Assembly (NCBI GenBank): GCA_963762145.1
Contig: CAVXJS010000021.1
Location: forward strand, 640,001-704,000
Direction: 5' to 3'
Length of the DNA: 64,000 nucleotides
DNA from: an uncultured Candidatus Rokubacteria bacterium
GTDB taxonomy: Bacteria > Methylomirabilota > Methylomirabilia > Rokubacteriales > CSP1-6
In this document: positions 36,761 to 46,250 of the stretch, piece after piece
Layout of the letters: each line of letters opens with the position of its first letter
Position numbering within the stretch: position 1 is the stretch's first letter
Made by a program: the position numbers and the translations under genes
The notes under the pieces: generated by a model
Told to the model about the DNA's origin: nothing
The model's database searches: none
What the model saw: the letters and a program-made list of their open reading frames with translations, nothing else

Positions 36761-37891
36761 TCAGGAGCCGAGGAGGCTGACGCCGGGTTTTTCCGAGACT
36801 CGCGAGCGAGTAGCCGGGGCCGCGGCGGTGTCGAGCTTCTGCAGCTGCGGCATCACTTCCCTGGCGAAGAGGCGCAGGTTGCGCTCCGCCTCGTCGTACG
36901 GCATCCCCGCGTAGCCGAACACGCCCACGTAGTGGCTGTTGCCGGTGCGCGCGTGGATGTCCAGGATCTTCTCGTAGCACTGCTCGGGCGTGCCCCACAC
37001 CTGCAGGTTCATGAAGTAGTCGATGACGGTGTCGGTGCCGTACTGGTGGATCTTCTCCGCCATCTTGCCGTAGTACTCGTAGCCCTTGGTCTGGGCCAGG
37101 TGGTCGCCCTGGAACTGGTAGTGATCGAGCACGGTCTGGTAGTAGCCGCCAATGTACCGCCGCGCCATCTCCTCGGCGCGGGCCCCGCTCGGATCGCAGA
37201 ACGTCCAGCCCGCCGAGATCGGCGGGGGCGCGTCCACACCGTTCACCTGGCGATAGACCTCGCGATAGGCTTCGAGCTCGCGCGCGACTTCCTTCCACGG
37301 CTTCTGGGGAATGATCAGGATGCCGACGCCCAGCTCGGCCATGATGCGCACCGATTCCGGGGAGACCGCCGCCGCGTAGGTGCGGCCCCGGAAGGACTTG
37401 AAGGGAGCGGGCCGGATCGCGGCCCGCGGCTGCTTGACGAAGGCCCCGTCGTACTCGCAGTAGCCCTGCTCGAGCCCGCGCAGCAGCATCTCCGCGCACT
37501 CCACGAAGCGCGGGCGAGATTCGTCCATGGAGAGGCGGAAGCCGTCGAACTCGACCTTGCCCGCCCCGCGCCCCATGCCCAGGATCAGGCGGCCGCCCGA
37601 GAGGTTGTCGAGCATGGACACTTCCTCGGCCACCCGCATCGGGTCGTGCCACGGCAGCACGACGACCATGGAGCCGAGCTGGACGGTGCGGGTGCGGCCG
37701 GCCATGTAGGAGAGGAACTGCAGGACGTCGGGGCACATCGTGTAGTCCGTGAAGTGATGCTCCACGCCCCACACCGATTCGAACCCGAGCGGCTCGGCCA
37801 GCTCGGCCAGGCGCAGCTCGTTCAGATACACGTCGCGATCCGTCCGCGACTGGCCTGGATTCTGGAAGACGGCGGCCATCCCGACATGCAT
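36761..37891 (-). CDS. Luciferase-like monooxygenase (LLM class)
   Basis: LGFESVWGVEHHF, LPWHDPMRVAEE, LDNLSGGRLILGMGRG. Confidence 0.92.
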   Translation of the reverse strand: MHVGMAAVFQNPGQSRTDRDVYLNELRLAELAEPLGFESVWGVEHHFTDYTMCPDVLQFLSYMAGRTRTVQLGSMVVVLPWHDPMRVAEEVSMLDNLSGGRLILGMGRGAGKVEFDGFRLSMDESRPRFVECAEMLLRGLEQGYCEYDGAFVKQPRAAIRPAPFKSFRGRTYAAAVSPESVRIMAELGVGILIIPQKPWKEVARELEAYREVYRQVNGVDAPPPISAGWTFCDPSGARAEEMARRYIGGYYQTVLDHYQFQGDHLAQTKGYEYYGKMAEKIHQYGTDTVIDYFMNLQVWGTPEQCYEKILDIHARTGNSHYVGVFGYAGMPYDEAERNLRLFAREVMPQLQKLDTAAAPATRSRVSEKPGVSLLGS

Positions 37892-37947
37892 GGTGGGTTC
37901 CCCCTCGGCCGGATGTTACGCGAGGGGGAACCCGGCCAGCAAGCGGG

Positions 37948-38298
37948 TCAGGCGACGCGCCGGAGCTGTCGCTGCGGAGCGGGCGCGGCCTCGCCGCGGC
38001 GCACGACCAGCTCGTAGCCGCGCGGCGTGCGCGCCATCAGCACCGGCCAGACCTCCTCCAGCAGCCACTCCCAGCCGCTGGGCACGGCCACCACCACCTG
38101 CCCGGCGTGCCACAGCCCGCGCGGCGTCACCTGCACCGATACGAACGATTCGCCGCCGAGCTTCCGGTCCACCAGGGACTGGACGTAGGCGCGGACCGAC
38201 AGGGCACGGGACTCGCTGCGATCCCGGGCCACGCGCCAGGCAAGCGGTCCGACCACCAGCACCAACGCAATCAACGAAGCCACCGCGATCTCGATCAT
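37948..38298 (-). CDS. Hypothetical membrane-anchored protein
   Basis: N-terminal TM helix; AAGGAG SD; divergent from the USP gene. Confidence 0.7.
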   Translation of the reverse strand: MIEIAVASLIALVLVVGPLAWRVARDRSESRALSVRAYVQSLVDRKLGGESFVSVQVTPRGLWHAGQVVVAVPSGWEWLLEEVWPVLMARTPRGYELVVRRGEAAPAPQRQLRRVA

Positions 38299-38427
38299 GG
38301 CGTTCTCCTTCCGCGCATTGAGATACCCAGGACCACCCGAGGGATTCGGGCGATTCCCGACATGGAAACGTAAGAATCCATTACCGACCTCCTGCCATCG
38401 AAATGGCGTGTGGGAAGGAGAAAGGAA

Positions 38428-38868
38428 ATGATGGCAAAGCGCATTCTTGTTCCGTTGGACGGTAGTGAATCCGCGGAGGTAGCGGCGGCCTTGGCCGCCG
38501 ACCTGGCCCGCAACAGCGGCGGCGGCGTCCGGTTGCTGCAGGTGTACCCGGTCCCCGAGCACCGCGTGAGCAGCACCGGGCGCGTCGTGGCCTACGCGGA
38601 CCAGGAGATGGAGCGCCTGAACGCCGAGGGCCGCGACTATCTCGAGAGCGTCGAGGCGCAGCTCGCCCCGGTGTCCACCGAGACCGTGGTGCGGTTCGGG
38701 AAGCCCGAGCAGGAGATCCTCGTGGAGGCCGAAGCCTTCGACGCGGACATGATCGTGGTGACCGCGGCCCGTCGAGGCTGGCTCGATCGCCTCACCGGCG
38801 GAAGCGGGCTCGGCGAGAAGCTCCTGCACACCTCGCCGGTCCCGGTCGTTCTCGTCCGCGAAGCCTGA
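38428..38868 (+). CDS. Universal stress protein
   Basis: KRILVPLDGS, VRFGKPEQEIL, ADMIVV, GSGLGEKLL..SPVPVVLVR. Confidence 0.92.
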   Translation: MMAKRILVPLDGSESAEVAAALAADLARNSGGGVRLLQVYPVPEHRVSSTGRVVAYADQEMERLNAEGRDYLESVEAQLAPVSTETVVRFGKPEQEILVEAEAFDADMIVVTAARRGWLDRLTGGSGLGEKLLHTSPVPVVLVREA

Positions 38869-38889
38869 TCGGAGCTCGCGCGGGCGGCG

Positions 38890-39444
38890 TCAGTCGTAGA
38901 GCCGCCCGCGCTGCAGCTTCCGGTGGCAGTGGAAGAGGGTGTACTCGATCACCCGCGCGGAGACGCCGAGGGCGCGCGCATGGCCCCTCAGCCGCTCCAG
39001 GTAGTGCTCCCACTGCGACACCGTGAACGCCCGCCCGCGCTCGTTCCCCGCCACCGACCGGATGCGGAACAGGATCTGCCAGCAGCGGATGTCGAGCACC
39101 CCGTAGCGGCGCGGATCGATCAGGGTCAGGATCGCGGAGGCGGTCGCCACGCTGACGCCGGGCAGCGCGATCAGCCGGGTCATGCGCTCCCGCTCGCTGC
39201 GCGCGGCGAGCACCGCGCGCGACACGCGTCGGATCGTCGCCGGGGAGCTGCGCTCGTAGTGCCGCCGCGAGCGCGGGCTCTTCCAGCGGCACATCGCGAG
39301 GAACTCGGTGCGGGTGAAGCCGCCCGTCGCTTTCACGTGGGCCAGCCGCCGGATCAGGAGCGCGGTCCCCGCGTGCTCCTCCGCGATCAGCTCCCGCCGC
39401 AGCAGGGCGCGCAGGCTCCGGTACGGCACCGGCTTCAGCGGCAT
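38890..39444 (-). CDS. Hypothetical protein with a helix-hairpin-helix DNA-glycosylase-like motif
   Basis: WKSPR, LIALPGVSVATASAILTLIDPRRYGVLDIR. Confidence 0.6.
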   Translation of the reverse strand: MPLKPVPYRSLRALLRRELIAEEHAGTALLIRRLAHVKATGGFTRTEFLAMCRWKSPRSRRHYERSSPATIRRVSRAVLAARSERERMTRLIALPGVSVATASAILTLIDPRRYGVLDIRCWQILFRIRSVAGNERGRAFTVSQWEHYLERLRGHARALGVSARVIEYTLFHCHRKLQRGRLYD

Positions 39445-39459
39445 GTTATGTTACCCGCC

Positions 39460-40494
39460 ATGACCGAGCCCTTCGTGACGATCCCGGAGATCCACCGTGC
39501 CGCCAAGGCCAGCCTGCCGCGCAACTCGTACAACTTCGGCGCGGGCGGGACCGAGACCGAGACCACGCTGCGCCGCAACCGGCGCGCCATCCGGCGCCTC
39601 GCGGTCCGCCAGGACATCCTGGTCGACGTGCGCCACGTCGATCTGACCACCTCGCTGATCGGCATTCCGCTCTCCTGGCCGGTGGTGATCGCCCCGATGG
39701 GCGGGCTCGTCCTCTTCCACCCGGAGGGCGACCGCGAGATGGCGCGCGGGGCCGCCAAGGGCGACACGCTGCAGTTCCTGAGCGGCGCCACCGGCTGGTC
39801 GGTGGAGGCGGTGGCGGAAGCCGCGCCCGGCCCCAAGATGTTCCAGCTCTACCACATGGGCGACCGGGCCTGGGTGGCCGACCTGCTCGCGCGCGTGGAG
39901 GCCTCCGGCTACCTCTCGGTGTGCCTCACGGTGGACGTGCAGGTCTACAGCCGGCGCGAGCGCGACATCCTCGCGCGCTTCAGCCCGCGCGAGGCCATGC
40001 TGAAGGCGCCGAACCCGCGCCCGCCCGATCCGGAGTACCCGGCGCGCCTCACCTGGGCCGACGTGGACTGGCTGCGCAAGACCACCAAGCTCCCGATCGG
40101 CCTCAAGGGCATCATGACCGCGCGCGACGGCCGCCGCGCGGTCGAGGCCGGCGTGGAGCTGATCTGGGTCTCCAATCACGGCGGCCGGCAGCTCGACGCG
40201 ACCCAGGCCAGCATCGACGCGCTGCCCGCGGTGCGGGAGGCGGTCGGCGACGCGGCCAGCATCATCGTGGACGGCGGCTTCGCCCGCGGCACCGACGTGC
40301 TCAAGGGCGTGGCGTGGGGCGCCGACGCGGTGGCGATCGGGCGTACCGCGCTCTGGGGCCTGGCCGCCGACGGCGCGGCCGGGGTGGCGTGCACGCTCGA
40401 CATCCTGCGGCGAGAGCTGCGGACGTCCATGGCCCTCGCGGGCCAGACCAGCATCCGCGGACTCACCCCGGACGTGGTCTTCCGCGTGGACTGA
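39460..40494 (+). CDS. FMN-dependent alpha-hydroxy acid oxidase/dehydrogenase
   Basis: FQLY, CLTVD, LKGIMT, VSNHGGRQLD, VDGGFARGTDVLK. Confidence 0.93.
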   Translation: MTEPFVTIPEIHRAAKASLPRNSYNFGAGGTETETTLRRNRRAIRRLAVRQDILVDVRHVDLTTSLIGIPLSWPVVIAPMGGLVLFHPEGDREMARGAAKGDTLQFLSGATGWSVEAVAEAAPGPKMFQLYHMGDRAWVADLLARVEASGYLSVCLTVDVQVYSRRERDILARFSPREAMLKAPNPRPPDPEYPARLTWADVDWLRKTTKLPIGLKGIMTARDGRRAVEAGVELIWVSNHGGRQLDATQASIDALPAVREAVGDAASIIVDGGFARGTDVLKGVAWGADAVAIGRTALWGLAADGAAGVACTLDILRRELRTSMALAGQTSIRGLTPDVVFRVD

Positions 40495-40502
40495 GCCGCG
40501 GC

Positions 40503-40676
40503 CTAGAGGAAGCCCGGCGCCTGGAACTCGCAGAAGCCACCCATCAGGTCATCGCGGTGCCACCAGCCTCCGCGCATCACGCAGATCCCCCCGAGCTCCT
40601 CCTCGGTGTAGGTCCGCTCGATCGCCGCACCGCAGCCGGCGAGCGCCAGCACGAGGAGAAGCCCGAGGCCGCGCAT
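40503..40676 (-). CDS. 57-aa lipoprotein (absent from the ORF track)
   Basis: MRGLGLLLVLALAGCGAAIERTYTEEELGGICVMRGGWWHRDDLMGGFCEFQAPGFL; lipobox LAGC; ATG abuts the NIPSNAP stop. Confidence 0.75.
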   Translation of the reverse strand: MRGLGLLLVLALAGCGAAIERTYTEEELGGICVMRGGWWHRDDLMGGFCEFQAPGFL

Positions 40677-41003
40677 CTACTGCATCGGCGAGTAGGCGGT
40701 CGGCCGCAGGATGTGGGCGGTGAGCCGGCGCAGCAGCGGACCGTTCTTCTCGGTCTCGGCGAACTTGGCGAGCCGATCCTTGTCCGCGAAGAACCCGCTC
40801 CACTTCTTCTCGCGGTCGGCCAGGCTGTCGTAGGCGAGCATGTAGATGAGCTGGTCCGAGGAGCCGCCCAGCTCGTTGGTCCAGAAGCCGACCACCTGGA
40901 TGTTGTGCTTCTTGAAGAAGTCCATGGTGATCTCGGCGAAGCGACGGTTCAGGTCGGGGAGCCGGCCGGGCATCGCGTGATACGTCCGCAGCTCGTACAG
41001 CAT
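40677..41003 (-). CDS. NIPSNAP family protein
   Basis: LYELRTY, VVGFWT, LIYMLAYDSLADREKKW, LRPTAYSP. Confidence 0.93.
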   Translation of the reverse strand: MLYELRTYHAMPGRLPDLNRRFAEITMDFFKKHNIQVVGFWTNELGGSSDQLIYMLAYDSLADREKKWSGFFADKDRLAKFAETEKNGPLLRRLTAHILRPTAYSPMQ

Positions 41004-41079
41004 GAGAGGGGCCTCCTGGGCAGCACGGTGGGTGGTGTCTGCCGCGACTCTAGGCACGCCTCCGGCTCGTGTCAAGCGC

Positions 41080-41829
41080 GTGAGATCTAGACTCGCGCGC
41101 GCGGCCTCGATCACGGCGCGGGTCGGCCTCCTCCTCACGCTGCTCGGGGCCCTCTCGCTCCTCCTGTCCGGCGCGGGCAGCCGCTGGGACTGGTGGGACT
41201 TTCGCACCGGGTTCGCGATCTTCCGCTGGACGCTCTACGGCGGGCTCGGCGCGGTGGTCGTCGCGCTGGCCGGCCTCGTGCTGGCGCTGCTCGCGCGGGC
41301 GTACAACACCGCGATCCTGTCGATCGGGACTCTCGTGCTGCTGATCGCGGTCGCGGTGGTGCCGGTCTCGCACCTCCGCGGCGCGGGAACCGTGCCCCCG
41401 ATCCACGACATCAGCACCGATCTCGACGATCCGCCGCGCTTCGTGGCGGTGCTCCCGCGCCGGGAGGGCGCGCCGAATACTGCGGAGTATGGCGGCGCCG
41501 CCCTCGCGGCCCAGCAGCGCGCCGGCTATCCCGATCTCGCGCCCGCGCGCTTCGCCGCGCCGCCGGAGCGGGTGTTCGCGCGCGCGGTGGACGTCGCCCG
41601 GGGGCTCGGCTGGGAGATCGTGGCCGCGGTGCCCGCGGAGGGACGCCTCGAGGCCACCGACCGCACCCGCTGGTTCGGCTTCCGGGACGACGTGGTGGTG
41701 CGCGTGCGTCCCGACGGCGCGGGCAGTCGCGTGGACGTGCGGTCGGTCTCCCGGGTGGGGCGCAGCGACCTCGGCACCAACGCGCGCCGGATCCGCACGT
41801 TCCTCGAGTCGCTGCGGGCGGGCCTCTAG
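41080..41829 (+). CDS. DUF1499 domain membrane protein
   Basis: PPIHDISTD, RLEATDRTRWFGFRDDVVVRV, VDVRSVSRVGRSDLGTNARRI; start uncertain. Confidence 0.88.
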   Translation: MRSRLARAASITARVGLLLTLLGALSLLLSGAGSRWDWWDFRTGFAIFRWTLYGGLGAVVVALAGLVLALLARAYNTAILSIGTLVLLIAVAVVPVSHLRGAGTVPPIHDISTDLDDPPRFVAVLPRREGAPNTAEYGGAALAAQQRAGYPDLAPARFAAPPERVFARAVDVARGLGWEIVAAVPAEGRLEATDRTRWFGFRDDVVVRVRPDGAGSRVDVRSVSRVGRSDLGTNARRIRTFLESLRAGL

Positions 41830-41833
41830 ACCG

Positions 41834-43000
41834 CTAGGGAGCGACCGCCACCCGGGCGACGAAGTCGCGGCGCAGCGTGAGGCCGAGCCCGGGGCCGGCG
41901 GGGGCCAGGACGTGGCCGTCCTCGAGCTCCACGCGCTCCTCCACCAGATCGTTGAGCAGCGGGTTGTGCCCGCGCGAGAACTCGAGGAGGTTCACGCTCG
42001 GGGTCGACACCGCGAGGTGCAGGCCCGCCGCGAAGAGGATGGCCGAGCCCCAGAGATGCGGCGCCACCGTGAGGTCGTGGGCGGCCGCGAGGGCGGCGAT
42101 GCGCTGGGTCTCGGTGATGCCGCCCGCGATGGCCACGTCGGGCTGGCAGACGTCCACCGCGCGCGCCGCGATCATGTCGCGGAACGCGAAACGGGTCTGC
42201 TCGCTCTCTCCCGCCGCGATCGGGATGTCGGTCGAGGCGCGGACCTCCGCCTGGCCCGCGAGGTTCTCGGACGATACCGGCTCCTCGAACCAGCCGAGAT
42301 CGCAGTCCTCGATTTTGCGCGTAAAGCGCATTGCTTCCCGCACGCTCCACGTGCCGTGGGCGTCCACCATGATGCCCACGTCGGGCCCGAGCGTCTCGCG
42401 CACCTCGCGAACCCGCGCGGCCGAATCGTCCACGCTCTTGTCTTGCAGACCGACCCGCAGCTTCACCGCGCGGTGCCCGCGCTCCACGTACTGGGTCATC
42501 TGCTTGCCGATGGCGCCCACCGGCGCCCAGCCCCCGCTCGCGTAGGCCGGGATCCGGTCGCGGTACTGCCCGCCCAGGAGGCGCCACACCGGCTGGCCCA
42601 CCGAGCGCCCGAGCAGATCCCAGCACGCGATGTCGATGCCGCTGATCGCGCTCATCGCGAGGCCGCGCCGGCCGATGGTGGGAAAGGTCCGCCCTTCGCG
42701 GGTGGCGTAACGGGCGCGCGAGCCGTTGTAGAGCAGCTCCCAGATCCCGGTGATGTCGCGCGGATCGCGCCCCACGATGGCGGGCCCCATCTCCTCGCGG
42801 ATCAGGGTGACCATCGCCGCGTAGTTGCCGAGATTGCCCACCGCGGCCTTGGCCTCACCGAGCCCCAGCAGCCCGGCGTCGGTCTCGATCTCGACCAGGC
42901 ACATGTTGAACGTGTCGTTGCGGCCGAAGTCGCTGACGTGGGCGTGCTCGGCGGGAATGGGGGCGCGGAGCCAGGTGGCGCGGACGGCGGTGATCTTCAT
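41834..43000 (-). CDS. Mandelate racemase/muconate lactonizing enzyme family
   Basis: SGIDIACWDL, VKLRVG, MVDAH, WFEEP, AAGE, QPD, APH. Confidence 0.92.
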   Translation of the reverse strand: MKITAVRATWLRAPIPAEHAHVSDFGRNDTFNMCLVEIETDAGLLGLGEAKAAVGNLGNYAAMVTLIREEMGPAIVGRDPRDITGIWELLYNGSRARYATREGRTFPTIGRRGLAMSAISGIDIACWDLLGRSVGQPVWRLLGGQYRDRIPAYASGGWAPVGAIGKQMTQYVERGHRAVKLRVGLQDKSVDDSAARVREVRETLGPDVGIMVDAHGTWSVREAMRFTRKIEDCDLGWFEEPVSSENLAGQAEVRASTDIPIAAGESEQTRFAFRDMIAARAVDVCQPDVAIAGGITETQRIAALAAAHDLTVAPHLWGSAILFAAGLHLAVSTPSVNLLEFSRGHNPLLNDLVEERVELEDGHVLAPAGPGLGLTLRRDFVARVAVAP

Positions 43001-43032
43001 GGCGGGAGCGTACGACTCCCGCGCGATCGAAG

Positions 43033-43947
43033 TCAACGGCCGGCGGGCGGCACCGCGAGGTGAGTGAAGGCGGTCAGCGGCTCGCGGCGCGCCCGCCATG
43101 CGTCGGGGACCTCGGCTCCACCCGGCATGACCACGATGCTCCCCACGATGGCGCACAGGGTGTCGCAGTCGCCCAGGGCGGCCGCCGCCGTCCAGAGCGC
43201 CGACTCGTAGTCGCGCAGATGATGCCGGACGCACCAGAGCGCGAACGGCATGGTGTCCTGGGCCAGCGCTCGAATCCCGTTGCCGATCTGGCTCACCACG
43301 TCGAGGACCTCCGCGTCGGGTCCGATCGATGAGGCGCGCTCGATCGTGTCGCGGGTCGTGCTGACCGGCACCACGTCGAGCACCGCGCCGAAGAGCGCAT
43401 CCGGATCGGGTCCGGCTCCGCTCGCCCAGGCGGCCGCGGCGGCCACCGCCATCGCGCCCGCCTGGCCCTCGACATTGGCGTGGGTCACCGCGGCGGCCAG
43501 CCGCGCCTGCCCCGCCGCCATCTCGATATCTCCTGCGAAGTACGCCCCGATCGGGCCCGCCCGCATCGCACCGCCGTTGCCCATGGAGCCGACGCCGTCG
43601 AACGCGACGGCGGAGAGCGCGCGCCAGTCGCCGCCGCGGGCGATCTCGGTGAGGATCTGGTGGGTCACCCGCCCGTAGCCCCGCCACGGGTCGAGGCGGA
43701 GCTTGTGACCGAAGCGCCGGGCGAGCGTGTCCTGATCGATGGCACCGTGCTCCTCCAGTGTCTCGACCACCGAGATGGCCATGACCGTATCGTCCGAGAA
43801 GGTCCAGGGCGGATCAGGCAGCCAGCGGTGCTCGAGCCGCGCGAGCAGGGTGCGCGTGTCGACGAGACAGGCCTCCCCGAACGAATCACCCACGGAGAGG
43901 CCGTCCAGCGAGCGAAGCGCCCGCGCGCGAGCGGCCGAGCGGTCCAT
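43033..43947 (-). CDS. ADP-ribosylglycohydrolase family protein
   Basis: GLSVGDSFG, FSDDT, GSMGNGGAMR, GDCDTLCAIVG; GGAGG SD. Confidence 0.9.
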   Translation of the reverse strand: MDRSAARARALRSLDGLSVGDSFGEACLVDTRTLLARLEHRWLPDPPWTFSDDTVMAISVVETLEEHGAIDQDTLARRFGHKLRLDPWRGYGRVTHQILTEIARGGDWRALSAVAFDGVGSMGNGGAMRAGPIGAYFAGDIEMAAGQARLAAAVTHANVEGQAGAMAVAAAAAWASGAGPDPDALFGAVLDVVPVSTTRDTIERASSIGPDAEVLDVVSQIGNGIRALAQDTMPFALWCVRHHLRDYESALWTAAAALGDCDTLCAIVGSIVVMPGGAEVPDAWRARREPLTAFTHLAVPPAGR

Positions 43948-43982
43948 CACGGGCACCTCCATCTTCCGCCGATCGGAGAGGG

Positions 43983-45032
43983 TCAGTCGATGCCGATCGT
44001 ACCCCAGAAGATGGGCTCCGGGTGCAGGCGCACGCCGAAGCGGACCTCGACCCCCGTCCGCACGCGGCGCGCGAAGGCGACGACGTCGCGCGCCCGCGCG
44101 CCATCGTGGCAGACGATGGCCAGCGTATGGCGGGTGGAGAGGCCGACCGGCCCCTCGCTCTGCCCGCGGGTGAAGCCGGCGCGCTCGATCAGCCAGGCCG
44201 CCGAGAGCTTGACCTGGCCGTCGGGCTGCGGCCAGCGCGGCATCGACAGGCCGGCCGCGCGCGCCTCGATCGCAGCCAGCGCGGCCGCGTCCACGATGGG
44301 ATTCAGAAAGAAGGAGCCGCAGCTCCGCCCGTTCGGATCGCCCGGGTCGAGCACCATGGACTTGGAGCGGCGCACCCGGATCACGGTCTCGCGCACGGTG
44401 GACAGCGGGGGCGACGCGCTCCCGACCTCGCGCGCGATGTCGGCATAGCCGAGATAGGGAGGCCCGCCCGGGACGAGCCGGTAGGTGGCGGCGAGGACCA
44501 CGTACCGCCCCGGGGCGCGGCTCTTGAAGAGGCTGTCGCGGTAGCCGAAGCCGCACTCGGCGGGCGCGAGCGTCACGACCCGGCCGCTCTCGCGGTCGAG
44601 CGCGCGCACCGAGGTGAGCGTGTCGCTCACCTCCTGGCCGTAGGCGCCGACGTTCTGGATTGGCGTGGCGCCCACCAGGCCGGGAATGCCGCTCAGGCAC
44701 TCGAGCCCCGCCCAGCCGCGCTCCACCGTGTGGCGCACGAGGTCGTCCCAGGGCTCGCCCGCGGCGGCCGTCACCTCCACCGCGCCGGGGATCTCGCGCG
44801 TGGTCACGCCGCGGAGGGCGATCTTGAGGACGAGCCCGTCCACGCCCTCGTCGGCGATGACCAGGTTGGAGCCGCCTCCCAGGACGCGCACCGGCAGCTT
44901 GCGGGAGGCCGCCCACCGGACGGCCTCCGCGACGGTCGCCTCGTCGGTGGCCTCGACCAGGTAACGGGCGGGGCCGCCGAGGTGAAGGGTGCAGTGGGGC
45001 GCGAGCGGGGCGTGCTCGACGGGGGTGAGCAT
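43983..45032 (-). CDS. murB: UDP-N-acetylmuramate dehydrogenase
   Basis: LGGGSNLV, GIPGLVGATPIQNVGAYG, FGYRDSLFK, GSFFLNP, AAWLIE; alternative start at 45044. Confidence 0.95.
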   Translation of the reverse strand: MLTPVEHAPLAPHCTLHLGGPARYLVEATDEATVAEAVRWAASRKLPVRVLGGGSNLVIADEGVDGLVLKIALRGVTTREIPGAVEVTAAAGEPWDDLVRHTVERGWAGLECLSGIPGLVGATPIQNVGAYGQEVSDTLTSVRALDRESGRVVTLAPAECGFGYRDSLFKSRAPGRYVVLAATYRLVPGGPPYLGYADIAREVGSASPPLSTVRETVIRVRRSKSMVLDPGDPNGRSCGSFFLNPIVDAAALAAIEARAAGLSMPRWPQPDGQVKLSAAWLIERAGFTRGQSEGPVGLSTRHTLAIVCHDGARARDVVAFARRVRTGVEVRFGVRLHPEPIFWGTIGID

Positions 45033-45064
45033 GGGCGCGTCCATCTTACCGCGGGGGCGCTCGG

Positions 45065-45140
45065 CCCCTCACCCTGCCCTGGACTTCACCCTCGCCCCCG
45101 AAGGGGGAGAGGGCAGGGTGAGAAGCTCAAGGGTGAGGGG
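45065..45140. repeat. Composite, degenerate REP-like palindrome doublet
   Basis: cccctcaccctgccct...ccctcgcccccgaagggggagagggcagggtgag...gggtgagggg. Confidence 0.8.
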
Positions 45141-45141
45141 C

Positions 45142-45663
45142 TCAGCGGGAGAGGAGCCAGCCGAGGGTGCCCGCGGCCAGCACCGCGAGCACCGGCGGCA
45201 CGCGATCCGACGTGACCAGGAGCGCGGTGAGCGCCGCGAGCGCCAGGGTCAGCGCGTCGTGGATCGCGGTGCGCGCCACCGTGTACACCCCGCCCGCCAT
45301 GAGCCCGACGCCGACGGGAATCAGTGCCCGCTCCGCGGTGGCGGCCCAGCGCCGGGTGCGCCACTGCTGCCAGTGGTGCGAGATCACCATCGCGAGCACC
45401 GAGGTGGGCACGAACATCGCGAGCCCCGCGAGGATGCCGCCGAGCACCCCGTGCGCGCGGTAGCCCACGAAGACCGCGATGAGCATGTTCGGGCCCGGCG
45501 TGAGCTGCGTGAGCGTGTAGCCGTCCACGAACTCGCGCGCGGTGAGCCAGCCGTGGATCGTCACCGACTGCCGCTCCATCTCCGGGATCACCCCGAGCCC
45601 GCCCCCCACGCAGAGCAGGCTCAGCCAGAGAAAGGTCCAGGTGAGCAGGGCGAGATCCATCAT
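45142..45663 (-). CDS. chrA: Short-chain chromate transporter subunit
   Basis: VGGG, GWLTAREFVDG..LTQLTPGPN. Confidence 0.88.
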   Translation of the reverse strand: MMDLALLTWTFLWLSLLCVGGGLGVIPEMERQSVTIHGWLTAREFVDGYTLTQLTPGPNMLIAVFVGYRAHGVLGGILAGLAMFVPTSVLAMVISHHWQQWRTRRWAATAERALIPVGVGLMAGGVYTVARTAIHDALTLALAALTALLVTSDRVPPVLAVLAAGTLGWLLSR

Positions 45664-46250
45664 CAGCAGATCTCCTCCCGGGAGGCGCTCCCGGCCGACG
45701 GCGGCGCGGCGGGCGGCGCCGGCCCGGTCCAGTGCAGCGCCAGGCTCACCGCCGCCATCACGAGCACCACGGCCACGGTGGGCAGGCGGAGCGGGCCCAC
45801 CGCGAGGAACGTGATCGCGGCCACCACGAAGCCCCGGGCTCCGCGGAGCGAGCCGCGCGTGATGCGCAGGGTGGTGACGAGCACGAGGCCCACCACCGCG
45901 GCGCTCAGGCTGCGCAGCAGGAGCGTGGCGGAGGCGCCGAAGGCGCCGTGCAGGTAGAGCCGCGCCACCCCCACCAGGATGACCGCGCCTGGTAGCACGA
46001 TCGCGAGGAGGCCCCAGACACCGCCCGCCATGCCGGCCAGCCGGTAGCCCAGGGCGACCGCGAGATTGCTGAAGTTAGGGCCGGGCAGCACCTGGCTCAG
46101 CGTGAAGTCCTGCACGAACTCGTCGTGCCGGATCCAGCCGCGGCGCCGCACGAGCGCGTCGTGGAAGTAGGCGCTGCGGCCGCCGCCGAGGCTCGAGAGG
46201 CCGGTCCAGGTGAAGACCGCGATCAGCCGGAGGAGGGAGACGCGCCTCAC
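45663..46250 (-). CDS. chrA: Short-chain chromate transporter subunit
   Basis: SLGGG, VRRRGWI..DEF...LSQVLPGPN; paired with the downstream subunit. Confidence 0.88.
   Translation of the reverse strand: MRRVSLLRLIAVFTWTGLSSLGGGRSAYFHDALVRRRGWIRHDEFVQDFTLSQVLPGPNFSNLAVALGYRLAGMAGGVWGLLAIVLPGAVILVGVARLYLHGAFGASATLLLRSLSAAVVGLVLVTTLRITRGSLRGARGFVVAAITFLAVGPLRLPTVAVVLVMAAVSLALHWTGPAPPAAPPSAGSASREEIC

Noticed and set aside
45142-46250. Split chromate transporter as a broken gene
   Set aside because: Paired short-chain CHR genes are a known natural architecture.
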